A stretch of DNA of 64,000 nucleotides. Origin: Gemmatimonadota bacterium (GTDB taxonomy: Bacteria > Gemmatimonadota > Gemmatimonadetes > Longimicrobiales > Gaopeijiaceae). Positions 47,078-56,131 of this stretch are shown piece after piece. A model generated the notes under the pieces. That model saw only the letters and a program-made list of their open reading frames with translations. It was not told where the DNA came from and ran no database searches. Made by a program: the position numbers and the translations under genes. The stretch is from NCBI GenBank assembly GCA_034521595.1, contig JAXHMG010000003.1:2752001-2816000 (forward strand), read 5' to 3'. The first letter of the stretch is position 1, and every line of letters starts with the position of its first letter.

Positions 47078-47983
47078 CTAAGGGAGCGTCGCAGCCTCCG
47101 GGGGGAACAACAGGAGCGGGTATCGAACCGTTCTCACCACCGACGAGGCGACGCTCCCGAGCAGCGTCCGGGCCATGAAGCCGTGCCCGTGCGTGCCGAG
47201 CGCGATCACATCCGGAGCGAGCGACTCGGCCACCGCCGCGACGCCGTCGACCGCGAGAGGGGCGGCGCGCGTGCGCGTATTGAAGGTCACCGGAGCGTCC
47301 TCGGGCAACCGCTCGCGCGCGCCGGCCACCTGTTCCCGCAAGAGGGGCTCCGCGTCGAAGGGCCGGTACACCGGCGAGCCGACCGCGTAGACGTAGAGCA
47401 GGTCCACGACGAGCTCTCGCGGCCCCGAATCGGACGGCGACGCCACCACCGGAGCGAACCAATCGACGACGGTGGCCAGAGCCCTCCGCGCATGCGAGGA
47501 GAAATCGGTTGCCACGAGGATACGCGTGACCGGGCCTTCGAGGGGCGAATGAGCCACGAGACACGGTCTGCCGGTAGTGCGAAGGACCCGATCCGCCGTG
47601 GTACCGAGGAGATCATCCAATGCCCTGTGCGGCCGGTGAGGGCCGAGCACCACCACATCGGCGGCCACCCGCTCCGCGTACCCGACGATCTCCTTGGAGG
47701 GCGCCCCGATCACGACCTCGGGATCCCCGTGCGACAGCGCGTCGGCGGCGACCCGCCCGAGCTGCTCGCGCAACGTTCGCCGAGCGACGCCCAGCCACTC
47801 TTCACGCTCGTTGGGGTCGAGCGAGCCCTGCCAGTACGGAAACACCGGCTTCGGCACGCAGTGGAACGCTCGGAAAGACGCGCCGGCGTCCCGTGCCAGG
47901 GAAGCTCCGGTTCGGAGGGCCTTATCGGCTCCCTCGGTCAAGTCCGAGGTCGCGAGTACGACGCGTAGGGTCCGCGCATCCAT
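47078..47983 (-). CDS. Tandem universal stress protein
   Basis: Two USP domains: ADVVVLG..LLGTTADRVLR and ILVATDFS..LGTHG..LLGSVASSVVR. Confidence 0.9.
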   Translation of the reverse strand: MDARTLRVVLATSDLTEGADKALRTGASLARDAGASFRAFHCVPKPVFPYWQGSLDPNEREEWLGVARRTLREQLGRVAADALSHGDPEVVIGAPSKEIVGYAERVAADVVVLGPHRPHRALDDLLGTTADRVLRTTGRPCLVAHSPLEGPVTRILVATDFSSHARRALATVVDWFAPVVASPSDSGPRELVVDLLYVYAVGSPVYRPFDAEPLLREQVAGARERLPEDAPVTFNTRTRAAPLAVDGVAAVAESLAPDVIALGTHGHGFMARTLLGSVASSVVRTVRYPLLLFPPEAATLP

Positions 47984-48098
47984 GGGTCACCGACCAAGCC
48001 AGGAGACGTGTGTGGCCCGGTAAGTTGCTACCGCGATCCGTTCGTTGGAAGACGGCACACCGACCGGCGGGCCGTCCGCGCAGCGTTGACGGGCCCGA

Positions 48099-49169
48099 TT
48101 ACAGCCGGATCGTGCCGCCGATCCCCGGCAGGTGGAGGTTCGCCGCCGGGAGCCCGGCTTCCCGCCACGCCCGCCGGGTGAGCGCCGGCGGCTCGAGCGG
48201 GTCTTCGTCCGTCAGGCGGAAGGTGCCCCAGTGCATGCCGACGAACGCACCGGCCGCGCCGAGATCGCGATACGCCTGAACGGCTTCCCGGGGATTCATG
48301 TGCGACTCGGCCATGAACCATCGGGGCTCGTAGGCGCCGATCGGCAGGATCGAGGCCCGGAACGGTCCCAGCCGGGATCCGATCTCGCGAAAAGCGGGGC
48401 AGTAGCCCGAGTCCCCGCCGAAGAAGACGCCGCGCGCCGCGTCGGAGGACCCCGCCGGCAACGCCGCCCATCCCCCCCACAGCTCCCGGTTCACGCCGAG
48501 GGCCCGACGCGTCCAGTGGCGCACCGGCAGGCAGACGAGCCGAACGGGCCCACCGGGTCCGTCGACCAGGACCTCGTGCCACCAGTCGAGCTCGACCACC
48601 TGCCGCACCCCACGCCTGCGCAGCCACGGTCCATATCCCAGAGGCACGTACCAGGCGAGCCCGTTCCCGAACCGATCACGGAGGTGCCGCACGGTCCGCG
48701 CATCCAGGTGGTCGTAGTGCCCGTGCGAGAGCAGCACACCATCCAGCGGGGGGAGCTCGGAGAGCGACAGCCCCGGGTCGCTCAAGCGGGGACCGCCCAA
48801 CAGGGAGAACGGCCCGGCCCGGGCCGACCAGATGGGATCCGTCAGCAGGTTCAGCCCACCGATCTGCAGCAGGAACGTCGCGTGGCCGACGAAGGTCAGG
48901 CGAAGCTCGTCCACATCGGCGTGCGGATAGGCGGGCTCCGGGGTGCCGGTGGGCACCTCTCCGGGATCGGGGTTGGGCGGCAGGTCGGCTCCGAATCGAT
49001 CCCACATCCAGGCGAAGAACCCGCCCGGCCGCGCTTCCGCCTCGGGATGCCGCGGCCAGGGACTGTGGAATCCGCCGTCGGGGGCGTGGTGCTCGCCCAC
49101 CGTCCGTCCGGCGGGGAGCGGAGGCGCTTCGGGCGCGCGCCGGGTCACCGCCAAGGATCGAAGGTTCAT
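48099..49169 (-). CDS. MBL-fold metallohydrolase (NAPE-PLD/RomA-like)
   Basis: TFVGHAT, LLTDPIWS.RA, SHGHYDHLD, ELDWW, FFGGDSGY, LPIGAYEPRWFM..HMNP, MHWGTF.LTDE. Confidence 0.9.
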   Translation of the reverse strand: MNLRSLAVTRRAPEAPPLPAGRTVGEHHAPDGGFHSPWPRHPEAEARPGGFFAWMWDRFGADLPPNPDPGEVPTGTPEPAYPHADVDELRLTFVGHATFLLQIGGLNLLTDPIWSARAGPFSLLGGPRLSDPGLSLSELPPLDGVLLSHGHYDHLDARTVRHLRDRFGNGLAWYVPLGYGPWLRRRGVRQVVELDWWHEVLVDGPGGPVRLVCLPVRHWTRRALGVNRELWGGWAALPAGSSDAARGVFFGGDSGYCPAFREIGSRLGPFRASILPIGAYEPRWFMAESHMNPREAVQAYRDLGAAGAFVGMHWGTFRLTDEDPLEPPALTRRAWREAGLPAANLHLPGIGGTIRL

Positions 49170-49351
49170 CCCTGAAACATATGGACGCACACCCACGGCC
49201 AACATCCGTCCGAAAGCGGCCCCGGCCGCCACATCCGAGGCTCCGGCCGCGATTATGCCTCGGATGCGCGCGACCACGCAGCGTTGACATGTCGGTTTGC
49301 CCGTAGGAATGTAGGCGCTTGGTCTTCAAGCGCCCTACGCTCCCCGGCACG

Positions 49352-52300
49352 ATGCGGCTCCGGCCCCTCCTATCCTTCTTTCTTGTCACGCTGGTCGCAG
49401 CGCCCGCCACGTTGGCGGGACAGACGGCCGCACCCTACCTCGATCCCGACAGGCCGCTCACGGAGCTCACGGTCGACCTCTGGACCGAGGACGATGGGCT
49501 GCCGCAGAACATGGCGTCGGCCATAGCGCAGACGCCCGACGGGTTCATGTGGCTCGGCATGGAACGCGGCCTGGTCCGCTTCGACGGCGCGACGTTTCGC
49601 GTCTACGACCCCGAGAACACCCCAGAGCTCTCGACGCCGTGGATCACCGCGCTCTGGCCCGACCCCGACGGCACTTTGTGGATCGGCACGGCCGGCGGCG
49701 GGCTCCTGCGCTTCAGATCCGGAACGTTCGCGAAGCACACGACCGGGCACGGCCTTCCCGGTAACGACATCCGGGCCCTCTTCCGGGACACGGAAGGGCG
49801 GCTCTGGGTCGGTACTCGCGATGCCGGCGCCGCGCGCAGGGAGGACGACGGAACCTTCACCGTCTTCACCACCGACGACGGCTTGGCGAGCGACTTCGTG
49901 CTCGACATCGGCCAGGACCGAGCCGGCGCGATCTGGCTGGGCACGGCGGAAGGCCTGACCCGCATCGAGGGGAACGAAACCCGCACATACAGCCGTAACG
50001 AGAGCATGCCGGGCGGACGGGTCAACGCCGTGCTCGGCGCGCGCGACGGGTCGCTCTGGGCCGGAACCTCGGACGGCGGGCTCGTACGCGTCCGGGACGG
50101 CACGCTCACCACACTCTCGACGGCCGACGGCCTCAGCAGCGACTACGTGACGTCGCTGTACGAGAATCCGGTCGGCACGCTTTGGGTGGGCACCAACGGT
50201 GGCGGCCTCAACCGGATCCGGGACGGACGGATCACGTCGCTCACGACGGCGGACAACCTGCCCGGGGACCTGATCCTGTCCGTCGCGGGCGATCGCGACG
50301 GCGGGGTCTGGCTGGGCATGACCGGTGCCGGCTTGGGACGCATGCGGGAAGGGCTCTTCCGGGTGGTGGGCCGCCCCGAGGGGCTGTCCACGGACATCGC
50401 CCTGGCGCTCGCCGAAGATGCGGGCGGGAACCTCTGGATCGGAACCGCGGGCGGTGGACTCAACCGGCTGACCGAGGGCGGCATCGAGACCTACACCACC
50501 GAGCAGGGGCTCGGGCACGACGTGATCCTGGCCGTCGAGCCCACGGCGACCCCGAACGACGTGTGGGTGGGGATGGCCGCCGGAGGGCTCAGCCGGGTCA
50601 CCGACGAGGGCGTGACGACGTTCGAGGAGGACGACGGGCTCCTCACGACGCAGATTGCCGACATCGAAGCGTCCCCCGAAGGCGGCGTCTGGCTCGCCAC
50701 CGGGGGAAACGGGCTTCAGCGGTGGAACGACGGCCCCGCGGGCGTGCTGACGTCGGACGACGGCCTGCCGAGCGACGTCGTGACCACGCTGCACTTTGCG
50801 GACGACGGCGCGCTCTGGATCGGCACACAGAACGGCCTCGGGCGTTTGGAAGACGGCGAGGTCGCAGCGCTGTCGATCGGCGCACCCGGCACGCCCGCGA
50901 ATCACGTCACCGAACTTTCCACGGGACGAGACGGCTCGCTCTGGGTCACGACGAACGGAGGACTGGGTCGCGTGCGGGGCTCCGACGTCTCGTTCTTCGG
51001 TCCGGAGGACGGACCGTTCGGAGGCCAGGTGCACGCGGCGGTCGAGGACACGCTCGGCTTCGTGTGGGTGTCGACGAACGAAGGCATCGCACGGATGCGG
51101 GTCTCCGACCTCGAAGACGAAGGGGCGAGGCCCGTTCCGTTCCGAATGTTCGAGCGCGCCGACGGCCTCCGCTCCAACGAGGCCAACGGGGGCGTGAATC
51201 CGGCCGGCATCCGGCGGCGTGACGGGAGCATCTGGTTCCCGACGATGAGGGGCGCGGCAAGCATCCAGCCGATGGACTCCTTCCCCGAGCGACCGACGCC
51301 CGAGCCGATCCTCGAGTCGGTCGTGGTGAACGAGGTTCCCCATCCCATCGGGGACGGCACGGCGCTCGAGACACAGCACCGAACCCTCGAGTTCCACTTC
51401 ACGGCACCCACGTACGTCGCGCCGGAGGAGATCAACTTCCGCTATCGGCTCGACGGGTTCGACGACGAATGGGTCGAGTCCGGAGACCGCCGAGCCGCCT
51501 ACTACACCAACCTGCCGCCGGGGACCTACCGCTTTCAGGTCGCCGTGCGTCGGGGAGCCGGAGAATGGACGGACGCCTCGGCGGCCCAGACCGTCACGCT
51601 CGAGCCGTTCTTCCACGAAACCGGGCTCTTCCGCGGCGTGGCGGCCCTGCTGTTGCTGGTGGGCGGCGGGACCCTGTACCGGTGGCGGGTGCGCAGGCTC
51701 GAAGACCGGCAGAGGGAGCTGCTGACCCTCACCGCGGAGCAGCAGCGCGCGGAGCGGGCGCTGCGGGAGAGCCAGAACCGGCTGACGCTCGCGCTTCGAT
51801 CCGGCCGCATGGGGACGTGGGAGTGGGACCTGCACACGGGCGCGCTCACCCTCGACCAGGCGAGCGCCGACGCGCTGGGCGCGCACCCGGCCACGGGCGA
51901 GGAGATGCTCGAGGCGCTGCGCCCGAAGCTCTCCCCCGAGGACCACGCCAAGCTCGCCGAGCTCGAGTCTCAGGTGGCGGCCGGAGCCGAGTCCATCCAC
52001 CTCGACTTCGCCCTCGCAACCGACTCGGGTGCGCGGTACGTGGAGCTTCGCGGGCAAACCTTCTTCGACGACCAGGGCCGGCCGGACCACGTGATGGGCG
52101 TCGTCGCTGACGTGTCCGACCTGATGACCACGCAGGCCGAGCTGCGGCGCCGGGAGGAAGAGCTTCGTGAAGCCCAGAAGATGGAAGCCGTGGGCCGGCT
52201 CGCCGGCGGCGTCGCACACGACTTCAACAACCTGCTCACGGCGATCCTCGGCCGCGCGCACTTCCTCGCGGACCATGTCTCTGACACCGAGGCTCGCGAA

Positions 52301-53308
52301 GACCTCGAAGAGATCCAGCGTTCCGCCGAACGTGCCGCGAACCTCACGCAGCAGCTGCTCATGTTCAGCAGACGGCAGGTCGTGCAGCCGCAGGTTCTCG
52401 ACCTGAACACGCTGATCCAGGAGGTCGAGCGGATGTTGCGCCGGCTCGTGCGCGAGGACGTCACCTTCGAGACCCGCCTCGACCCCGAGCTGGTGCCCGT
52501 CCGCATCGACCCCGGCAGCATGGAACAGATCCTCGTCAACCTGGTGGTCAACGCCCAGGACGCCATGCCGGAAGGGGGCGTGCTCCGCATCGAGACGTCC
52601 AACGATGCGGACACGCACGCCGTGGTGACCGTGTCCGATACCGGCGAGGGCATGACCGCGGAGACGCTCGAGCACGTGTTCGACCCCTTCTACACGACCA
52701 AGCCGGTAGGCAAAGGAACCGGGCTCGGTCTCTCCACGGTCTACGGCATCGTGCAGCAGGCACGGGGTGAGGTACGGGTGGACAGCCGGCCGGGCGACGG
52801 CACGACCTTCCGCATCTACCTCCCACGGGTTCCCGACGAGGACGCCCCCGCCGTGGAGGCGACCGACACGCTCCCGGCCGAATCCCACGCCACGGCCGAC
52901 GGGAACGGGACGGATGCCGGGTCCCGGCCATCCCACACCATCCTGCTCGTCGAGGACGACGACGCCGTACGTCCCCTCATGGCGAGAGTCCTGGAGCGGG
53001 CGGGCTATGCCGTGATCGAGGCGTCGTCGGGCAGCGAGGCGCTCGAGATCACCGCCGGCCCGAACCGAAGCATCGACCTCATCGTCTCGGACGTGGTGAT
53101 GCCCGGGATGAGCGGTAGAGAGCTCTCCGACGCCGTCCGCGAGCACTGTCCCGACGCCGCCGTGCTGCTCGTCTCCGGGCACCACGAAGACGAGGTCCTC
53201 CGAAAGGGCATCAACGAACAGGAAGTCGCCTTCCTGCGGAAGCCCTTCGACACCCGGGACCTCGTCCAGGCCGTCCGGACGGTCCTCGATCCGGAGGGGG
53301 CGCGGTAG
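49352..53308 (+). CDS. Hybrid sensor kinase: periplasmic Reg_prop propellers + Y_Y_Y, TM, PAS-like, HisKA, HATPase, REC
   Basis: Repeated GL.....D..G.LWIGT..GGL; FRYRLDGFD..W, YTNLPPGTYRF; H-box AHDFNNLL; DTGEGM, FDPFYTTK..GKGTGLGL; REC LVEDD, SDVVMP, KPF. Confidence 0.93.
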   Translation: MRLRPLLSFFLVTLVAAPATLAGQTAAPYLDPDRPLTELTVDLWTEDDGLPQNMASAIAQTPDGFMWLGMERGLVRFDGATFRVYDPENTPELSTPWITALWPDPDGTLWIGTAGGGLLRFRSGTFAKHTTGHGLPGNDIRALFRDTEGRLWVGTRDAGAARREDDGTFTVFTTDDGLASDFVLDIGQDRAGAIWLGTAEGLTRIEGNETRTYSRNESMPGGRVNAVLGARDGSLWAGTSDGGLVRVRDGTLTTLSTADGLSSDYVTSLYENPVGTLWVGTNGGGLNRIRDGRITSLTTADNLPGDLILSVAGDRDGGVWLGMTGAGLGRMREGLFRVVGRPEGLSTDIALALAEDAGGNLWIGTAGGGLNRLTEGGIETYTTEQGLGHDVILAVEPTATPNDVWVGMAAGGLSRVTDEGVTTFEEDDGLLTTQIADIEASPEGGVWLATGGNGLQRWNDGPAGVLTSDDGLPSDVVTTLHFADDGALWIGTQNGLGRLEDGEVAALSIGAPGTPANHVTELSTGRDGSLWVTTNGGLGRVRGSDVSFFGPEDGPFGGQVHAAVEDTLGFVWVSTNEGIARMRVSDLEDEGARPVPFRMFERADGLRSNEANGGVNPAGIRRRDGSIWFPTMRGAASIQPMDSFPERPTPEPILESVVVNEVPHPIGDGTALETQHRTLEFHFTAPTYVAPEEINFRYRLDGFDDEWVESGDRRAAYYTNLPPGTYRFQVAVRRGAGEWTDASAAQTVTLEPFFHETGLFRGVAALLLLVGGGTLYRWRVRRLEDRQRELLTLTAEQQRAERALRESQNRLTLALRSGRMGTWEWDLHTGALTLDQASADALGAHPATGEEMLEALRPKLSPEDHAKLAELESQVAAGAESIHLDFALATDSGARYVELRGQTFFDDQGRPDHVMGVVADVSDLMTTQAELRRREEELREAQKMEAVGRLAGGVAHDFNNLLTAILGRAHFLADHVSDTEAREDLEEIQRSAERAANLTQQLLMFSRRQVVQPQVLDLNTLIQEVERMLRRLVREDVTFETRLDPELVPVRIDPGSMEQILVNLVVNAQDAMPEGGVLRIETSNDADTHAVVTVSDTGEGMTAETLEHVFDPFYTTKPVGKGTGLGLSTVYGIVQQARGEVRVDSRPGDGTTFRIYLPRVPDEDAPAVEATDTLPAESHATADGNGTDAGSRPSHTILLVEDDDAVRPLMARVLERAGYAVIEASSGSEALEITAGPNRSIDLIVSDVVMPGMSGRELSDAVREHCPDAAVLLVSGHHEDEVLRKGINEQEVAFLRKPFDTRDLVQAVRTVLDPEGAR

Positions 53309-53332
53309 GTTCGTCGTAGGAGTCGCGGACGA

Positions 53333-53773
53333 CTACTGGAGCGTAAACGGATCCGACAGCCGCATCGCTTCCGGGAGCTCGCCGCCCACGTCCGTTAACG
53401 TGAACCAGGCCCGGTAGGTGCCGGGCTCGACGCCGCGGATGCTCAGCTCCCACTCGAGCGCGTCTCCCGGCGGGATCGGGGTCGGGGGGATCAGGACGGC
53501 CGCGCAAATCACGTGCTCCGGTGGCTGCAGGACGCCGTCCACGACGGGTCGCAGGCGCTTCATGCAGTCATGGTGGACCATCACGTCAGCGGACCCTTCG
53601 TTTCGGATCACGGCCGTGATGTGCTCCTCCTCGACCGTCGGGTCGACCTCGATGCGGACGTCCCGCTCGAGGCGGGTGCCGAGAAGATCCCCGCACCCGC
53701 CCAGGGCGAGGGCGCCGAGCACGAGCACCGTGCCGACCGCGGCTCGAGTCCCGACCTTCGGTGGCTTGGGCAT
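53333..53773 (-). CDS. Hypothetical lipoprotein (Ig-like)
   Basis: Lipobox LALGG-C; NEG, PGTYR, SDPFTL resemble small Ig-like domains. Confidence 0.6.
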   Translation of the reverse strand: MPKPPKVGTRAAVGTVLVLGALALGGCGDLLGTRLERDVRIEVDPTVEEEHITAVIRNEGSADVMVHHDCMKRLRPVVDGVLQPPEHVICAAVLIPPTPIPPGDALEWELSIRGVEPGTYRAWFTLTDVGGELPEAMRLSDPFTLQ

Positions 53774-53943
53774 GTCCGAATCCGTTCGAGGGGAGCCTTC
53801 CACGGCGAGGGTATGTGGTGGAAACGAGCGAGGGGCGCGTGGCGTGACGGGAGACCTCGCCTGCGCAGACCTCCTGTAAGAAACCCCGGACACACGACAC
53901 CAACCGTCACGGAATCCATCATCACGGAGTTCGTGGCGAAACG

Positions 53944-54474
53944 ATGAGTGTGGAGCGCGAAACGACCATGAGCGATCGGCGGAACGCCTTCCTTCACATG
54001 GTCCGGGAGAACACTGCCCGGCTGCGGCGGATCTGTCGCGCCTACGCGGAGGACCGCGAGGACGAGCAGGATCTCTTCCAGGAAATCCTGTTCCAGGCGT
54101 GGCGATCGCTCCCTTCGTTCGAGGGCGAGGCACGTCCCGGGACCTGGCTGTACCGAGTGGCTCTGAACACCGCCCTCGGCCGAAAGAGGAAGCGGGACGT
54201 GCGGAGCCGAGCTCACCTGAGCGAGGACGACCCGGTAATGGGCTCCCGGCCTCCCCGGCCCGATCGGGAGCTGTCCCAAAAGCGCCGGGTGGAACGGTTG
54301 TACGCCGCCATCGACCGGCTGAGTGAGATGGATCGCGCGCTCGTCCTCATGTACCTGGACGAGCACAGCTACGCGGAGATGGGGGACGTGCTCGGACTCA
54401 GCGAGAGCCACGTGGGCGTGAAGCTCCATCGCATCAGGAAGAAGCTATCGGAATGGCTGGAGGACGAATCATGA
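53944..54474 (+). CDS. ECF RNA polymerase sigma factor
   Basis: DLFQEI..QAWRSLPSF, TWLYRVALNTA, LYAAIDRL, SYAEM..VLGLSESHVGVKLHRIR. Confidence 0.93.
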   Translation: MSVERETTMSDRRNAFLHMVRENTARLRRICRAYAEDREDEQDLFQEILFQAWRSLPSFEGEARPGTWLYRVALNTALGRKRKRDVRSRAHLSEDDPVMGSRPPRPDRELSQKRRVERLYAAIDRLSEMDRALVLMYLDEHSYAEMGDVLGLSESHVGVKLHRIRKKLSEWLEDES

Positions 54475-55058
54475 CGTTGGATGCATATCGAGACGATTGG
54501 AACGAGCTGGACCCGGATCACGAGGCACTGGACGAGGAGCGCCTCCTCGAGCGGGTTCGCGAGGAGTCGGACGCGTTCGAAAGGAAGATCCGACGACGGG
54601 ACCTGCTCGAGACCCTGGCGGCCGCATTCGTGGTGCTCGCGTTCGGCTACGAGGCGGCGACCTCCACGACGTGGCTTGCCCGGCTCGGGGCCCTGATCGT
54701 CATCGGCAGCTCCGTCTTCGTCGTCTGGTGGCTGCGCCGGGCCCGCAAGGCCGGCCCGGCCCGTTCCATGGACCTGACGGTGGGCGACCGGCTGCGGGCC
54801 GAGCGGGAGCGGGTCGATATCCAGATCCACCTACTGGAGAACGTCCTGTGGTGGTACGTCGGTCCGCTCGCCGTGGGCACGGTTCTGTTCACCCTGGGGC
54901 TCGAGGCGGGGACAGCCGCCACCGCGGTCACCCTTTCCGTCATCGCCGCTGGATGCGCCTTCGTCTGGCGGCTCAACATGCGGGCCGTGCGGCGTGCGCT
55001 CCGTCCGCGACGCAACGAGCTCACACGACTCCTTCGAGATCTGCAAGAGGAGGCATAG
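54471..55058 (+). CDS. Membrane protein, probable anti-sigma factor
   Basis: ATGA-coupled to the sigma gene; N-terminal ..W. helix, about 4 TM, WWYVGP, C-terminal amphipathic helix. Confidence 0.65.
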   Translation: MTLDAYRDDWNELDPDHEALDEERLLERVREESDAFERKIRRRDLLETLAAAFVVLAFGYEAATSTTWLARLGALIVIGSSVFVVWWLRRARKAGPARSMDLTVGDRLRAERERVDIQIHLLENVLWWYVGPLAVGTVLFTLGLEAGTAATAVTLSVIAAGCAFVWRLNMRAVRRALRPRRNELTRLLRDLQEEA

Positions 55059-55062
55059 ATCC

Positions 55063-56100
55063 ATGAAGCGCACGATCATCGCTCTGTCGCTCGTGAGCAC
55101 CGCATTCGCCCTTTCGGCGGCTCCCGCGGCTACCCAAGAAAGCGGGGACGTCCGGAACGACAGAATGATTCTGGAGCGGGGCCGGCTGCTGACGGGCTGG
55201 CTCTTCGACAGCAGGGCCGACTCGATATCGGAACGGATGGCCGAGCGATACCGTTCCGCGCTCGGCGGTGCCGAGGGCGTGGCACGGTCGGTCCGGAGCA
55301 TCAGCGGGCAGCTCGGCCAGGAGGAGGACGTGGAGCAGGAGGCTGCGTTCACCCGTACGTCCGACGATCACTACTACCGGATCGCGCGGTACGCCGGTGC
55401 TCCCGCAACGACCATCACGGTCCACTGGGCCTGGAACGAGGCCGGTGAGATTACGTACCTGCGCGTCCAACCCACGCCGGAGCCGGCCGTCACCGGCCAC
55501 GAGGACTACCGGACGAAGGCCGAGCTCACCCTTCCGTTCGAGGGTGCGTGGTACGTCTTCTGGGGTGGCCGAGAGCCCCACCTCAACCACCATGTGAGGG
55601 CACCCGCGCAGCGCTTCGCCTACGATTTCCTGGTGCTCGAGAACGGAAGGTCGCACACGGGAACCGGTGGGTCGAACGAGGACTATCACTGCTTCGGACG
55701 GCCGATCCTGGCACCGGCCGCCGGGCGGGTGACCGACGTCGTGGATACGGTCCCGGACAATTCCCCCGGAGAGATGAACGAGGAGGCGCCCGCGGGAAAT
55801 CACGTCGTCCTCGACCACGGAGGCGGCGAGCACTCGGTGCTAGCCCACCTTCGCCGGAACTCGGTGATCGTGGAGGAGGGGGACCGCGTCGAGGCAGGCC
55901 GCCGGTTGGGCGCCTGCGGAAACAGTGGCCGCAGCTCCGAGCCCCACCTGCACTATCACCTCCAGACGGAGCCCGAATTCGGCGAGGGCGTGGGCCTTCC
56001 GGCTTCGTTCCACGACTACATTGCCGACGGCGAGCTTATGGAGCGGGGGGAGCCGATGCGGGATCAGGTCATCCGGCCGGCGCCGGAGGACGGGGGCTAG
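55063..56100 (+). CDS. Exported M23-family metallopeptidase
   Basis: Signal peptide; LPFEG.W.V..GG, HH..QRFAYDF, PILAPAAG.V, GNHVVLDHG, AHL, GNSGRSSEPHLH. Confidence 0.9.
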   Translation: MKRTIIALSLVSTAFALSAAPAATQESGDVRNDRMILERGRLLTGWLFDSRADSISERMAERYRSALGGAEGVARSVRSISGQLGQEEDVEQEAAFTRTSDDHYYRIARYAGAPATTITVHWAWNEAGEITYLRVQPTPEPAVTGHEDYRTKAELTLPFEGAWYVFWGGREPHLNHHVRAPAQRFAYDFLVLENGRSHTGTGGSNEDYHCFGRPILAPAAGRVTDVVDTVPDNSPGEMNEEAPAGNHVVLDHGGGEHSVLAHLRRNSVIVEEGDRVEAGRRLGACGNSGRSSEPHLHYHLQTEPEFGEGVGLPASFHDYIADGELMERGEPMRDQVIRPAPEDGG

Positions 56101-56131
56101 CCGCCCGCGCAGCGCACCTCTTCTACCCCCC

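Noticed and set aside
49480-51250. Recurrent DNA similarity (GACGACGG.CT / CTCTGG.TCGG.AC) as a repeat element
   Set aside because: Explained by the beta-propeller (Reg_prop) protein repeats of the sensor kinase.
49370-53185. 1271-aa antisense ORF, and similar long ORFs such as 55925-58504 (+), 39678-41894 (-), 20723-22699 (-) and 3362-5248 (+)
   Set aside because: Shadow frames of real genes in high-GC DNA; they carry no family motifs and lie opposite well-supported CDSs.
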